Notes: a model not told the origin generated them from the letters alone. A stretch of 64,000 nt of DNA from an uncultured delta proteobacterium (GCA_963765675.1 CAVXXK010000004.1:32001-96000), one strand, 5' to 3'; numbered from the stretch's first letter, positions 1 to 10,011 are shown. A program made the numbers and translations.

Positions 1-24
1 TCCGCCGGCGATGATCAACCTCAT
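1..24 (-). CDS. murG: MurG glycosyltransferase, 5' fragment (runs off the window edge)
   Basis: Reverse strand from 24 reads ATG AGG TTG ATC ATC GCC GGC GGA = MRLIIAGG, the start of the MurG IAGGGTGGH motif. Sits in the canonical position right after ftsW. Confidence 0.8.
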
Positions 25-49
25 CCGATATTTCTCGCGGCAATTTTTT

Positions 50-1198
50 TCATCGGACTGCGGGCCGTCTGCCGAGCGCGAGCAGCGCGCCGAGTGCCGC
101 CATCGCCATCATGATCGCGGTGCCGCCGTAACTCAAAAACGGCAGCGGCAATCCCTTGGTCGGAATCATTCCAATTACGACCGCCATGTTGATCAGCGCT
201 TGCAGCGAGAGCAGCGAGGTCAGCCCGACCGCGAGCAGACTTGCGAACGGGTCGGGCTCGTCGTGCGCAATGCGCATCCCGCGGAACAGGATCGTGCAGA
301 ACAGCGCGATCACGATACACGCGCCGATAATTCCAAACTCCTCGCCGACCACGGCGAAAATGAAGTCGGTGTGCGACTGCGGCAGGTAGAACATTTTTTG
401 GCGGCCCGCGCCGAGTCCTACTCCGCGCAATCCGCCTGCGCCGAGTGCGATGAACGATTGGATCAACTGAAAGCCCGCGCCGCGCGCGACCTGCCATGGA
501 TCGAGAAACGCGGTCAGGCGGCGCATCCGATACGACTTCGCGCACATCTGCACCACCAGACCCACCAGCGCGATCGCTCCAGCAGCGCCCAGATGCTTCG
601 CCTCGGCGCCCGCCGCATAGAGCATCACGAACAGGATCACCGAGATCATCACGGTCGAGCCGAAGTCGGGTTGCTTGAGCAGAATTATCGCGAGCGCGCC
701 GACGATTGCGAAGGCTGGCGCGGGGCCGCGCATAAAATCGCGCAGGCGATCCTGGCGGCGGCTCAAAAAGTCGGCGAGAAAAAAAACCAGCGCGAATTTC
801 ACTATCTCGGACGGCTCGAGAACGACCGGACCGATCCTCAGCCAGCGCCGCGCGCCGCCACGCACCAGGCCCAGATGCGGCAGATAGACCGCGAGTAACA
901 TCACGACTGAAATGATGGCGAGCGGCATCACAAGGCGGCGCAACCCAACGATCGAGAACTGCGAGAGCATTATGAGCACGAGGAATCCAGCGACGATATG
1001 CACCAGATGGAGCTTGAAAAAATGAAACGCGTCGCCGGTCTTTTCGAGGCCAAGAAAATAGGTCGTGTTCAGCACCATCAGCAGGCCGAACAAAATCAGC
1101 GCCGCCGCCGGCAGCCATAGCCACGGGTCGGGACGCCGGTATTCGACCGCCTCAAAGCGCCCGAACCAGCTTTTGAAATAACTCTCCGCGCTCTGCAT
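50..1198 (-). CDS. ftsW: SEDS peptidoglycan polymerase FtsW
   Basis: GARRW, EPSE, QPDFGS, HTDFIFAVVGEE and PTKGLPLPFLSYGG motifs; lies between murD and murG. Start uncertain (overlaps murD end). Confidence 0.95.
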   Translation of the reverse strand: MQSAESYFKSWFGRFEAVEYRRPDPWLWLPAAALILFGLLMVLNTTYFLGLEKTGDAFHFFKLHLVHIVAGFLVLIMLSQFSIVGLRRLVMPLAIISVVMLLAVYLPHLGLVRGGARRWLRIGPVVLEPSEIVKFALVFFLADFLSRRQDRLRDFMRGPAPAFAIVGALAIILLKQPDFGSTVMISVILFVMLYAAGAEAKHLGAAGAIALVGLVVQMCAKSYRMRRLTAFLDPWQVARGAGFQLIQSFIALGAGGLRGVGLGAGRQKMFYLPQSHTDFIFAVVGEEFGIIGACIVIALFCTILFRGMRIAHDEPDPFASLLAVGLTSLLSLQALINMAVVIGMIPTKGLPLPFLSYGGTAIMMAMAALGALLALGRRPAVR

Positions 1199-2477
1199 AG
1201 TCCTTGAACTGATCGAAACTCGAGCACGCCGGCGACAGCAAAACCGTATCGCCTTTTCGCGCCACCCGCGCCGCCCGTTCGACCGCCTCCGCCAGAGTCG
1301 TAACCAGTTCGATCTCGCACGCGCCGGTCAGCGCCGCGCGCATCTGCTCCCGCGCCGCGCCGATCAGAATCGCGCGGCTGACCTTGCGCCCCATCGGCGC
1401 GATGAGCGGGCTGTAGTCGCCGCCCTTATCGACCCCGCCCGCGATCAAAATGATCGGCGCCGTGATTGCTCCAATCGCCTCGACTACTGCGCCGACGTTG
1501 GTGCCTTTCGAATCGTCGATCCATCGCACGCCATCGCGCTCGCGCACGAATTCGAGGCGATGCGGCAAGCCCGCGAACAGGCTCAGCACATGTTCGATCA
1601 CGTTCTCGTCCACGTACATCGCAAGGGCAGCGGCCGCCGCGGCCATCGCGTTGGAGACGTTGTGCTCGCCCGGAAGCTTGAACCCCGCGATACTGATTTG
1701 GCCGCGGCGCGAGCCCATGTCGAAGATCAGCGAACGGTTTTCGTGCCAGATGCCCGGCACATGTCCGGTGGCGACGAAGCCGAAAGAGAACACTCGCGCG
1801 CGCACCGACTTCGCGAGCTCCCAGACATTAGGATCGTCGCGATTGAGAACCGCCCAGTCACCGCCGTCCTGATTTTCGAACATCCGCGCCTTTGCGACCC
1901 CGTACTGGGCGAGATCGCGGTAGCGATCGAAATGATCGTCGGTGAGATTAAGATAGACACCGACCTTGGGCTTGAAATGCACGGTCGATTCGAGCTGAAA
2001 GCTCGAGACCTCGGCGACGATCGCGTCGTAGATGCCGCCGACGGCGGTGATGAGCGGAGGTTGCAGGTTTCCGCCGACAAACGGATGCATTCCGGCGGCT
2101 TTCAGAATCGCGCCGAGCAGAACGGTCACGGTGCTCTTGCCGTTAGTGCCGGTGATCGCCGCGATCGGCGCGGAGAGGAACCGCGACGCGAGCTCGACCT
2201 CACCGATAATCTCGATCTTGCGCTTGGCCGCCGCCGCGAGCAGCGGAGAATCGAGCGCGGCTCCAGGACTGGCGACGATGAGATCGACTCCGTCGAGCCA
2301 GGCCGTATTCTCCGCGCCGAGTTTCAATTGTCCCGGCGGAAGTTGCGTGCGGTCGATATCGGATCTGCGATCGGTGAGGATCAGATGCGCCCCGTGGGCC
2401 GACAGAAATTTCGCCGCCGCGATTCCGGTCGTCGCCAGCCCGACAACCATCACCGTTTTGCCCGCGAGTTTCATCAT
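1152..2477 (-). CDS. murD: UDP-MurNAc-L-Ala:D-Glu ligase
   Basis: ITGTNGKST, EVSSFQLE, DDSKGTN and VLLSPACSSFDQF motifs. Confidence 0.97.
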   Translation of the reverse strand: MMKLAGKTVMVVGLATTGIAAAKFLSAHGAHLILTDRRSDIDRTQLPPGQLKLGAENTAWLDGVDLIVASPGAALDSPLLAAAAKRKIEIIGEVELASRFLSAPIAAITGTNGKSTVTVLLGAILKAAGMHPFVGGNLQPPLITAVGGIYDAIVAEVSSFQLESTVHFKPKVGVYLNLTDDHFDRYRDLAQYGVAKARMFENQDGGDWAVLNRDDPNVWELAKSVRARVFSFGFVATGHVPGIWHENRSLIFDMGSRRGQISIAGFKLPGEHNVSNAMAAAAAALAMYVDENVIEHVLSLFAGLPHRLEFVRERDGVRWIDDSKGTNVGAVVEAIGAITAPIILIAGGVDKGGDYSPLIAPMGRKVSRAILIGAAREQMRAALTGACEIELVTTLAEAVERAARVARKGDTVLLSPACSSFDQFKDYAERGELFQKLVRAL

Positions 2478-2508
2478 CGTTCGAGTATAAGCGCCGCAGT
2501 TAATAGAG

Positions 2509-3591
2509 TCAGCGAAGTTTCAGCGTCGAGAGCGCCACCAACGCGCACACGATCGAGATAATCCAGAAACGCACCACCACCACCGTTTCGGGCCATCCGC
2601 TCAGCTCAAAATGATGATGTATCGGCGCCATCCGGAAAAAGCGTTTGCCGCCGGTCCACTTGAAGTAGTAGCGCTGAATAATCACCGACGCGGCTTCGAT
2701 CACGAACACTCCGCCCGCCATCACCAGCGCGAGCTCCTGCTTGCACAGCACCGCGACCATCCCAAGCGCTCCGCCGAGCGATAGCGCGCCTACGTCGCCC
2801 ATGATCATCGAGGCAGGGTAGGCGTTGAACCAGAGGAAGCCGAGCGATGCCGCGATCAGGGACGCGCAGAAGATCGCGACCTCGCCTGCGCCCACGACGT
2901 GCGGGATTTGCAGGTAGGTAGCGAATTTCAGGTTGCCGGCGACGTAACTGAAAACCCAGTAGGTGAATGCGGTGGTCATGACCGGGCCAATCGCAAGGCC
3001 GTCGAGCCCGTCGGTAAAATTCACCGCGTGCGAGCATCCGGCGATCACCAGCATCGCGAACGGGATATAGAAGATCGGGCCCCAATCGGGATGCAGGTTT
3101 TTCGCGAACGGGATGGTGAGGGTGGTGGGAAATTTCAGCACCGCGAACAGAAACACTGAGGCGATCAGCGCGCAACCGAATGTGCCGCCGAGCTTCGCCG
3201 ATTCGCTGAGCCCCAAGCCCTTGCCGCGCTTGAGCTTCAGATAATCGTCGCTAAACCCGATCGCGCCGAAGCTCGCGGTGACAAAGATGACGATCCAGAC
3301 GTAGGCATTGGTGATATTGGCCAGTAGCAGCGTGGCGGCCAGCGTCGCGGTCAGGATCAGCAAGCCGCCCATGGTCGGAGTGCCGGCCTTCTTCTGATGG
3401 CTTTGCGGAACGACGTCGCGGATCGTCTGCCCGAAATGCGCGGCGCGAAAGCGATCGATCAGCCACGGTCCCATCGCGAGCGAAATCGCAAGCGCCGTCA
3501 GCCCCGCCAGCACCGAGCGAAAGGTTTCATAGCGAAGGACGTTGAAGCCTTGGAAATGGGTGTGCAGGCGATAGAGCAGCAGATACAGCAT
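2509..3591 (-). CDS. mraY: Phospho-MurNAc-pentapeptide transferase
   Basis: KAGTPTMGG, NFTDGLDGLA, MGDVG and MAPIHHHFEL motifs. Confidence 0.98.
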   Translation of the reverse strand: MLYLLLYRLHTHFQGFNVLRYETFRSVLAGLTALAISLAMGPWLIDRFRAAHFGQTIRDVVPQSHQKKAGTPTMGGLLILTATLAATLLLANITNAYVWIVIFVTASFGAIGFSDDYLKLKRGKGLGLSESAKLGGTFGCALIASVFLFAVLKFPTTLTIPFAKNLHPDWGPIFYIPFAMLVIAGCSHAVNFTDGLDGLAIGPVMTTAFTYWVFSYVAGNLKFATYLQIPHVVGAGEVAIFCASLIAASLGFLWFNAYPASMIMGDVGALSLGGALGMVAVLCKQELALVMAGGVFVIEAASVIIQRYYFKWTGGKRFFRMAPIHHHFELSGWPETVVVVRFWIISIVCALVALSTLKLR

Positions 3592-3597
3592 CGCGTC

Positions 3598-5103
3598 TCA
3601 ATCTGTCCGGTAGCGATGCTCCCGTGCAATCTCGCCGATCACGACGCGATCATCGAAGGCGAGCACGCGATCGCCGACCAACTGATAGTTCTCGTGGCCT
3701 TTGCCCGCGACGATCACGGTGTCGCCCGGCTCGGCAATGCTGAGCGCGAGTGCGATCGCGGCGCGACGGTCGGGCTCGACGCGATAGCTCTTCGCGCGAG
3801 CGCCAGTCTCTTTCAATGCGTCGCGAAGTCCGGCCTCGATCGCTGCGATGATCGCGCTCGGATCTTCGCTGCGCGGATTATCCGAGGTGATGATCGGAAG
3901 ATCCGCCAGGCGCGCGGCGAGTGCGCCCATGAGCGGACGCTTGCCGCGGTCGCGGTCGCCGCCGCATCCGAATACGCAGATCACTCGCCCGCGGGTGAAC
4001 TTGCGCGCCGTGCCAAGCACGGCCTCGAGCGCTTCGGGTTTGTGCGCATAATCGACCAGCACCAGAACTCCAGCGCGCGCGGGCACCGCCTCCATCCTGC
4101 CGGGGGCCCCTGGGCATCGCCGCACACCTTCCGCCACCGCCTCAGGTTCGATGCCCAGGGCCACCGACACGGCGGAGGCCCCAAGAATGTTGATCAGGTT
4201 GAATTCGCCGACGAGCGGCGAAGTAAACTCGATTTTTTTGCCGAGCGCAAGGATTGTCGCACGAATTCCGTCCGCACCGGCTGAGTAGCCCTGTGGATAA
4301 ACGTCGAGGCTCGGAGCGAGTCCGAAGCTGATCTTGCGCGTCTGCACGGCGGCGAGCACGCGCTGGCCGTACGGATCGTCGCCGCGCGCGACCGCGAAGA
4401 GATCGCCGCGGCGGCTGCGCGGAAGAATCTCGGTGAACAGGCGCAGCTTGGCGGCGAAGTAGTTTTCCATCGTGCCGTGATCATCAAGATGGTCGCGGCC
4501 CAGGTTAGTGAAGACTGCGGCGCGGAAGTTGAGCGCGTCCACCCGCCCTCCGGCGATCCCCATCGAGGAAATTTCCGCGGCGACGTACCGCACGCCTTCG
4601 TGCTCCATCCGCGCAAGTGCGGACTCGATATCGATCGACTCAGGCGTCGTGAGTCCGCTCGAAATTTTGGTCTGGCGGATGAAAGTTCCGACGGTGCCGA
4701 TAATCCCCGCCGGATGTCCGGCAGCTTCAAGGATCGACGCGAGCAGATAGGTCGTCGTGGTCTTGCCGCTCGTTCCGGTGATTCCGATCAGATCGAGGTG
4801 CTCGCTCGGCGCGCGGAAAAAACGCGACGCGGCCGCGCCCATCAGCAGGCGCGGCCGCGCGCTCTCGACAACGGTCACCGCGGGACGGGCGTCCTCACCA
4901 CCACCACCCACCACAATCGCCCGTGCACCGCGGTTTAATGCGTCATTTACGTTCGCGCGGCGGCGTTCCGGGTCGCGCGCGAGGGAAAAAAACAGATGGC
5001 CGGCAGCCACCGCGCGCGAGTCATAGCTGAGTCCCGAAATTTCCACCGCCCCATCGCCCTCAATCCGTCCATCGAGTCCCTCGAGTAGCTCGTCGAGCCT
5101 CAC
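3598..5103 (-). CDS. murE: UDP-MurNAc-tripeptide ligase MurE (meso-DAP type)
   Basis: GITGTSGKTTT, DHLD, VDYAH, FGCGGDRD, DNPR (DAP specificity) and AGKGHE motifs. GTG start overlaps the ftsI stop. Confidence 0.96.
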   Translation of the reverse strand: MRLDELLEGLDGRIEGDGAVEISGLSYDSRAVAAGHLFFSLARDPERRRANVNDALNRGARAIVVGGGGEDARPAVTVVESARPRLLMGAAASRFFRAPSEHLDLIGITGTSGKTTTTYLLASILEAAGHPAGIIGTVGTFIRQTKISSGLTTPESIDIESALARMEHEGVRYVAAEISSMGIAGGRVDALNFRAAVFTNLGRDHLDDHGTMENYFAAKLRLFTEILPRSRRGDLFAVARGDDPYGQRVLAAVQTRKISFGLAPSLDVYPQGYSAGADGIRATILALGKKIEFTSPLVGEFNLINILGASAVSVALGIEPEAVAEGVRRCPGAPGRMEAVPARAGVLVLVDYAHKPEALEAVLGTARKFTRGRVICVFGCGGDRDRGKRPLMGALAARLADLPIITSDNPRSEDPSAIIAAIEAGLRDALKETGARAKSYRVEPDRRAAIALALSIAEPGDTVIVAGKGHENYQLVGDRVLAFDDRVVIGEIAREHRYRTD

Positions 5104-7148
5104 ATCCCGCCCCCCGGCGCGACCCCGCTGGTGCGGATGACGCCAGTTTCAGCGGCCGCAATTTTGTCCGGCTGAATCGGCGCGAGCGTCAGCTTGATTC
5201 CCGCATGGCTCAGCGGAGCGCGAGGCGCGGGATCCTGTGCGATCACGTAACCGCTACCCCGCACTTCAAGCGTCACGCCGATTTTGCGCGCGACCATCAG
5301 CGCGCGCCGCAGGCTCATCCCGGAGAAGTTCGGAGTCGTCGGCGAGCCGGTTCCCGTCAGCGCGGGAATCTCGTCGCCGGCGTCGGGTGCTGAAACGTCG
5401 GCCAGGCGCGAATCGTTCTTTCCAGCCGCCGGCATCGGGACCATCCCGGCTACATCGTAGTTGCCGCCGGGCGCGGTGATATTCAGATCGCGCACCGCGC
5501 CTGAAGCGATCTCGCTGAACGCCGGCGCCGCATAGAGTCCGCCAAAATGGCCATGCCCGACGTCGTAGAGCACGACGAGGATCAGCAGGCGCGGATCGTC
5601 GGCGGGAAGAAACCCGACGAACGAGGACACGTGCCGATTCTGATAGTAGCCTCCCGCCGGATTCACCATCTGCGCGGTGCCGGTCTTGCCCGCGACGATA
5701 AAGCCGTCAACCTTGGCACGATGCGCGGTGCCATTGGGACCGTTTACGACATTGCGCAGAAGGAGATTCATCGTATGCGCAACCTCGGGCGAGATCACGC
5801 GGCGCATCACCTGCGGCGTATGGCGCAAAATCACATTGCCCTGCGCGTCGTACGCTGTCTTCACCACATAGGGGCGCACGATCAGTCCGCCGTTGGCGAT
5901 CGCCGCGTACGCGGTCGCAAGCTCGATCGGCGTCACCGAAACGCCCTGTCCGAAGCCATGATTTGCGAGATCGATCTCCTTCCACGTCGAAGGATTCATC
6001 ACCATCCCGCTCGCCTCGGCCGGCAGATCGATCCCGGTGCGCAGTCCAATTCCGAACGCGCGCATGCCCTGGTAGTAGCGCTCCGCGCCAAGCCCGAGCG
6101 CGATTTTCGCGGCGCCGATATTGGACGAAACCTCGATAATTCCGGCGAGGTCGAGCATGCCATGCTTGCTGTCATCGTGGATCGTGCGATGGTCGATCGT
6201 CCAGTGGCCCTCTTCGCAATAAATCTGCTTGTCGAGCGTGATCGCTCCGTCGGAAAGCGCAACCGAAGCGAGAATTCCTTTCATCGTCGAGCCCGGCTCG
6301 AACGCGTCCTGCACCGCGGCGTTATGCAAACGATCGTGCACGCTGGCGGGGTCGGCGCCGATATTCGCCATCGCGATAACTTCGCCGGTAAAGGGATCGA
6401 GCACGATCGCCGCGCCGCGCTTGGCGCCGCTTTGCTGCACCTCGGCTGCGAGCTCGGTCTCGGCCAGCGACTGGACCGATGAATCGATCGTAAGTTCGAG
6501 TTGCGCGCCCGGTTCCGGCGTCTTGAGCTCTAGCGGGCTGTCGAAAATCGGATGCCCCAACGCGTCGTGGTAGAAGCTCAGCTCGACCGGCTCCCCGCGA
6601 ATCAATTTGTTGTATTCGAGTTCGAGGCCGGAGAGCCCCTGGCCGTCCATCCCCGCAAGCCCGACCACCGCCGCGGCCAGGTTGCTCTCCGGATAAAAGC
6701 GTTTGTATTCGCTGAGCGCGCCGACGCCCTCGATTCCGAGAGCCTCGGCCGCCTGGGCCTTGTCCACCGACACCCGCCGCACCAGCCACACGAAGGGAGA
6801 AGGTTTGGCGAGCTTGGCTTCGAGCTCGCTCGCGCTGAGCCCGAGAGCTGCCGCGAGCTTGGCGCGCTCGTGCGCGGTCGTCGTATCGAGCACGCGATGC
6901 GGCCGCGCATAGACCGAGCGCGTCTCGGCGGAAAGCGCGAGCGGCTCTCCGTTGCGATCGACGATCGGCCCGCGCACCGCGGCAAGTTCGGTTTCGCCGG
7001 TATGCTCACTTTTCGCGAGCGAGACCAGGCGCGGACCGTCGAACTCGACCAGCACCACCAGGCGCATCACCGCCATCACAAATAGCGACGCCAGCACCAG
7101 CGTCAGCCAGCCCACGCGCGCGCGGCGCTGTTTGAACGATACGTTCAT
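5100..7148 (-). CDS. ftsI: Peptidoglycan transpeptidase FtsI/PBP3 with C-terminal PASTA-like domain
   Basis: RGPIVDRNG, EPGSTMK (SxxK), SSN and KTGT motifs. Start reset to ATG 7148 (MNVSFKQRR, then a TM helix), giving an ATGA overlap with the ftsL stop. Confidence 0.95.
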   Translation of the reverse strand: MNVSFKQRRARVGWLTLVLASLFVMAVMRLVVLVEFDGPRLVSLAKSEHTGETELAAVRGPIVDRNGEPLALSAETRSVYARPHRVLDTTTAHERAKLAAALGLSASELEAKLAKPSPFVWLVRRVSVDKAQAAEALGIEGVGALSEYKRFYPESNLAAAVVGLAGMDGQGLSGLELEYNKLIRGEPVELSFYHDALGHPIFDSPLELKTPEPGAQLELTIDSSVQSLAETELAAEVQQSGAKRGAAIVLDPFTGEVIAMANIGADPASVHDRLHNAAVQDAFEPGSTMKGILASVALSDGAITLDKQIYCEEGHWTIDHRTIHDDSKHGMLDLAGIIEVSSNIGAAKIALGLGAERYYQGMRAFGIGLRTGIDLPAEASGMVMNPSTWKEIDLANHGFGQGVSVTPIELATAYAAIANGGLIVRPYVVKTAYDAQGNVILRHTPQVMRRVISPEVAHTMNLLLRNVVNGPNGTAHRAKVDGFIVAGKTGTAQMVNPAGGYYQNRHVSSFVGFLPADDPRLLILVVLYDVGHGHFGGLYAAPAFSEIASGAVRDLNITAPGGNYDVAGMVPMPAAGKNDSRLADVSAPDAGDEIPALTGTGSPTTPNFSGMSLRRALMVARKIGVTLEVRGSGYVIAQDPAPRAPLSHAGIKLTLAPIQPDKIAAAETGVIRTSGVAPGGGM

Positions 7149-7432
7149 GGCAGCATCACCACCTGTCCATTGGCGGGCGGTGCCAGATGGTACTTCGGCG
7201 CTAGCGCGCGCAACCGCTCGTGCGACGCAAGCTGGGCGGCCTTGAGCCGCAGCGTGCGGTTCTGATCCTCGAGTCCCGCGATATCTTCGCGCAACGCGGA
7301 GAGCCGGTAGCCCTCGCGCGTAGCTTCGAGCCGAATCATCAGAGTGGTGAAACCGAGAGCCGCCACCGCGATCATCAGGATTCCGGCGAGGATCGGAGAC
7401 GGCGGATTTGCGGGACGCACGCGGCGGCTCAT
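7145..7432 (-). CDS. ftsL: Cell division protein FtsL
   Basis: 95 aa with a single TM and a leucine-zipper coiled coil; lies between rsmH and ftsI with ATGA overlaps. Confidence 0.85.
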   Translation of the reverse strand: MSRRVRPANPPSPILAGILMIAVAALGFTTLMIRLEATREGYRLSALREDIAGLEDQNRTLRLKAAQLASHERLRALAPKYHLAPPANGQVVMLP

Positions 7433-8349
7433 TGCGCGATCCTCTCAATACAGCGCAGGCGTGCGCTGCGCGCGCGCGGATTGTTGGCGATCTCAGAGCG
7501 CTGCGGCTTCACTACTTTGCCGGTGATCGCGGAATACTCGCCCGAGCGTTTGAGCTCGCGAAAGCATTCCTTGACCGCGCGATCTTCGAGCGAGTGGTAC
7601 GCGAGCACGACCATCCGGCCGCGAACTGCCAGCAGGCCCGGCGCGTCGGCGAGCAGCGCGGCCAGGCTTTCCATCTCGCGGTTGACCGCGATTCGCAGCG
7701 CCTGGAAAGTGCGCGTCGCCGGATGCGCTCCGCTGCGGCGATGCGGCCCGATTGCGCGCTCGACCACGGCGCGCAGCTCGGCGGTGGTTTCGAGCGGACG
7801 GCGGCGGCGTTCCTCGACGATCGCACGCGCGATTCTGCGCGAGGCGCGCTCTTCGCCGAAATTGAAAATGATATTGGCCAGATCGGCTTCCGTTTCCTCG
7901 TTCACGAGATCATAGGCGCGAATCCCCTGTGTCCGATCCATCCGCATGTCCAGCGGACCGTCGAGGCGAAAGCTGAAGCCGCGCTCCGGATCGTCAAGCG
8001 CGAAGCTCGACATCCCGAGATCGGCGACGATCGCGTCCACGCGCTCAAATCCGCACTCGCCGAGCACTCGCGCGAGATCGGCGAAATCGGCCTGGCGCAG
8101 GATCACGCGATCGCCGAACGGCGCAAGCCGCTCGCGCGCGGCCGCGAGCGCGTCGGCGTCGCGATCGATCCCGACGACACGCGCGTCGGTCGCGGCGAGG
8201 ATCGCCTCGGCATGACCTGCCATCCCGAGCGTCACATCAACGACGACGCGCGGCCCGTGCGCGGCAACCAAGTCGCGCACCTCCGCCACCATCACCGGCA
8301 CATGCCTCCGGACCGCCGCGCCGTCGTTGTGTTTCACCGCCAAACTCAT
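7429..8349 (-). CDS. rsmH: 16S rRNA m4C1402 methyltransferase
   Basis: HVPVM, DLGMSS, GPLDMRMD, HPATRTFQALRIAVN, HSLEDR and NPRARSA motifs. Confidence 0.97.
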   Translation of the reverse strand: MSLAVKHNDGAAVRRHVPVMVAEVRDLVAAHGPRVVVDVTLGMAGHAEAILAATDARVVGIDRDADALAAARERLAPFGDRVILRQADFADLARVLGECGFERVDAIVADLGMSSFALDDPERGFSFRLDGPLDMRMDRTQGIRAYDLVNEETEADLANIIFNFGEERASRRIARAIVEERRRRPLETTAELRAVVERAIGPHRRSGAHPATRTFQALRIAVNREMESLAALLADAPGLLAVRGRMVVLAYHSLEDRAVKECFRELKRSGEYSAITGKVVKPQRSEIANNPRARSARLRCIERIAQ

Positions 8350-8352
8350 CGT

Positions 8353-8802
8353 CTACAAATCGAGCTTTTCGTAAAAAGCCGGATCCTGGAGCTCCGCCTC
8401 ATTGGCACGGAGCACCCCCTCGAGCACCGCCTTGTCCCACAACTGAAAATGATCGCGCAGCGCGGAGAACGTGACCTCGCGCGCGAGACCGGCGAACTCG
8501 CGCAGCCGGGTCGGAATCAGGATACGTCCCTGCCGATCGACCGGAACCTCGTGCGCGCCCCCGATGTAAAACGTTTCGAATTTCTGTATGGATGGATCGA
8601 AGCGATTGCGGGTCGCGACTTTGGCCAGCAACTGCTCCCATTCAACCGGAGGATAAACATCGAGGCATCGTTCGCGGTTGTAGAAATTATTGGTGATGAA
8701 CAGGCGATCGTGCTCTTCGCGCGCGAGCACTTCACGGAATCGCGCCGGGATACTGACGCGTCCCTTTTCATCGATCGCATGGTCGAACCGCCCGCTGAAC
8801 AC
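8353..8802 (-). CDS. mraZ: Transcriptional regulator MraZ
   Basis: Two DxxGRxxIP motifs (DEKGRVSIP, DRQGRILIP). GTG start at 8802 follows a GGAG Shine-Dalgarno. Confidence 0.95.
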   Translation of the reverse strand: MFSGRFDHAIDEKGRVSIPARFREVLAREEHDRLFITNNFYNRERCLDVYPPVEWEQLLAKVATRNRFDPSIQKFETFYIGGAHEVPVDRQGRILIPTRLREFAGLAREVTFSALRDHFQLWDKAVLEGVLRANEAELQDPAFYEKLDL

Positions 8803-8812
8803 CCCTGCTCCT

Positions 8813-8855
8813 CCCGAATCGCCCACAATCTCCCACTCTTCACCACTACAGTCAA
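8813..8855 (-). promoter_or_regulatory. dcw promoter with MraZ-binding GTGG repeats
   Basis: Minus strand TTGACT-N17-GAGATT with TG extension. GTGG occurs at exact 10-bp period (forward CCAC at 8843, 8833, 8823; degenerate at 8813), the known MraZ box architecture. Confidence 0.85.
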
Positions 8856-9117
8856 GTAAATTGGATACACCGCATCACGAAAGTGACTATTCGCCCAAAA
8901 ATATCGATGGCGAAAAGAAAGCGAAATAGTATTCAGCGAATTTACTACCTGGGCGATCCAACTGCGCCGACGCGATCGGCCGCGGGTGCGACGAAATTCT
9001 TATCGTGAATTCTTTCTTGACACGACCGCCATTCATTAGCGAAACTCGCGCCGATTACCTCATCGCATAAACCGGATTGATTTCGCCTCGAACACGCAGG
9101 CGAAGAGAGGATTGAAG

Positions 9118-9951
9118 ATGACAGGGAAAGCTTGGTTGAGGAGCGCCGTCGTGGTCGCGGCGGGAGTTGCGTTCACGATGACCCTCACGAGTCAGGCCGC
9201 GTGGTCGAGAGCCAAAAGGAAGGTTGAACCGACGGCGACGCCGACCGTTACTCCGACCGCGACTGCGACGCCGGAGGTCAAGGCGTGGAATTTCGACCAA
9301 GACAAGGCGGGCGGCCCGGCCGCCGAATGGACTCCGGTGGTCGGCGACTGGCAGGTCATTCCCGATCCGAGCGCGCCGAGCCAGCCTAACACCTATGGGT
9401 TGCCACCGGGACGGATGATGCAGTCGCTGTTGAGCGCGCTGCAGTACTATCCGATGACGGTACTCACTGATCCGACCGAATACTCAGACTTCACCCTTGA
9501 GGCGTCATTTAAGTCGGCGGGGGGACGCTTCGATTGCTCTGGCGGAATCATCTTTCGCTACGTCGACAAAAACGATTTTTACGTGCTCTCGGCCGGATGC
9601 CCGAGCGATTATTTCCAGCTCTCGCGGATAAGCGGCGGAAAATTCGAGGTGTTAAAGCAGACCGTTGTGCCGACCGACAAAGACACCTGGTACAAGATCA
9701 AAGTCGTCGCCCAGGGCGGACATTTCATGTGCTACGACGACAACAAGATGATCTACGATTTCGACGACAGCAAGATTGCGAAGGGGCGCATCGGTCTGTG
9801 GGCGAGCGACGATTCGCAGGCGCGGTTCGACAACGTGACGCTGACCCTGCCGCCGGAGGAAGGGTCGCCGGCTGCGGAATCTTCAGGCGCGACGACGCTG
9901 CCGCCGCCTCCTCCGCCACTGCCACCACCACCGCCTCCTCCAGCGCACTGA
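9118..9951 (+). CDS. Secreted ConA/LamG-like (DUF1080 / family-16 hydrolase-like) protein with PT linker and poly-Pro tail
   Basis: Signal peptide, PTATPTVTPTATATP linker, YSDFTLEA...GIIFRY...WYKIKV...GRIGL...FDNV beta-sandwich pattern, C-terminal PPPPPPLPPPPPPP. Confidence 0.7.
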   Translation: MTGKAWLRSAVVVAAGVAFTMTLTSQAAWSRAKRKVEPTATPTVTPTATATPEVKAWNFDQDKAGGPAAEWTPVVGDWQVIPDPSAPSQPNTYGLPPGRMMQSLLSALQYYPMTVLTDPTEYSDFTLEASFKSAGGRFDCSGGIIFRYVDKNDFYVLSAGCPSDYFQLSRISGGKFEVLKQTVVPTDKDTWYKIKVVAQGGHFMCYDDNKMIYDFDDSKIAKGRIGLWASDDSQARFDNVTLTLPPEEGSPAAESSGATTLPPPPPPLPPPPPPPAH

Positions 9952-9979
9952 CCGCGGAGATGGATTTGGCTGGATAGCG

Positions 9980-10011
9980 CGGGCGCCGGGATTCCCGGCG
10001 CCCGTTTGATT
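9980..10011 (+). terminator. Intrinsic terminator
   Basis: CGGGCGCCGGG-ATT-CCCGGCGCCCG hairpin followed by TTTGATT, just after the DUF1080-like gene. Confidence 0.7.

Noticed and set aside
7149-7448. 100-aa N-terminal extension of FtsI in the ORF track (likewise the extensions on the CoA-transferase, ACAD, leuS, serA and purA)
   Set aside because: These overlap upstream genes or lack an SD; downstream starts fit family lengths and stop/start overlaps.
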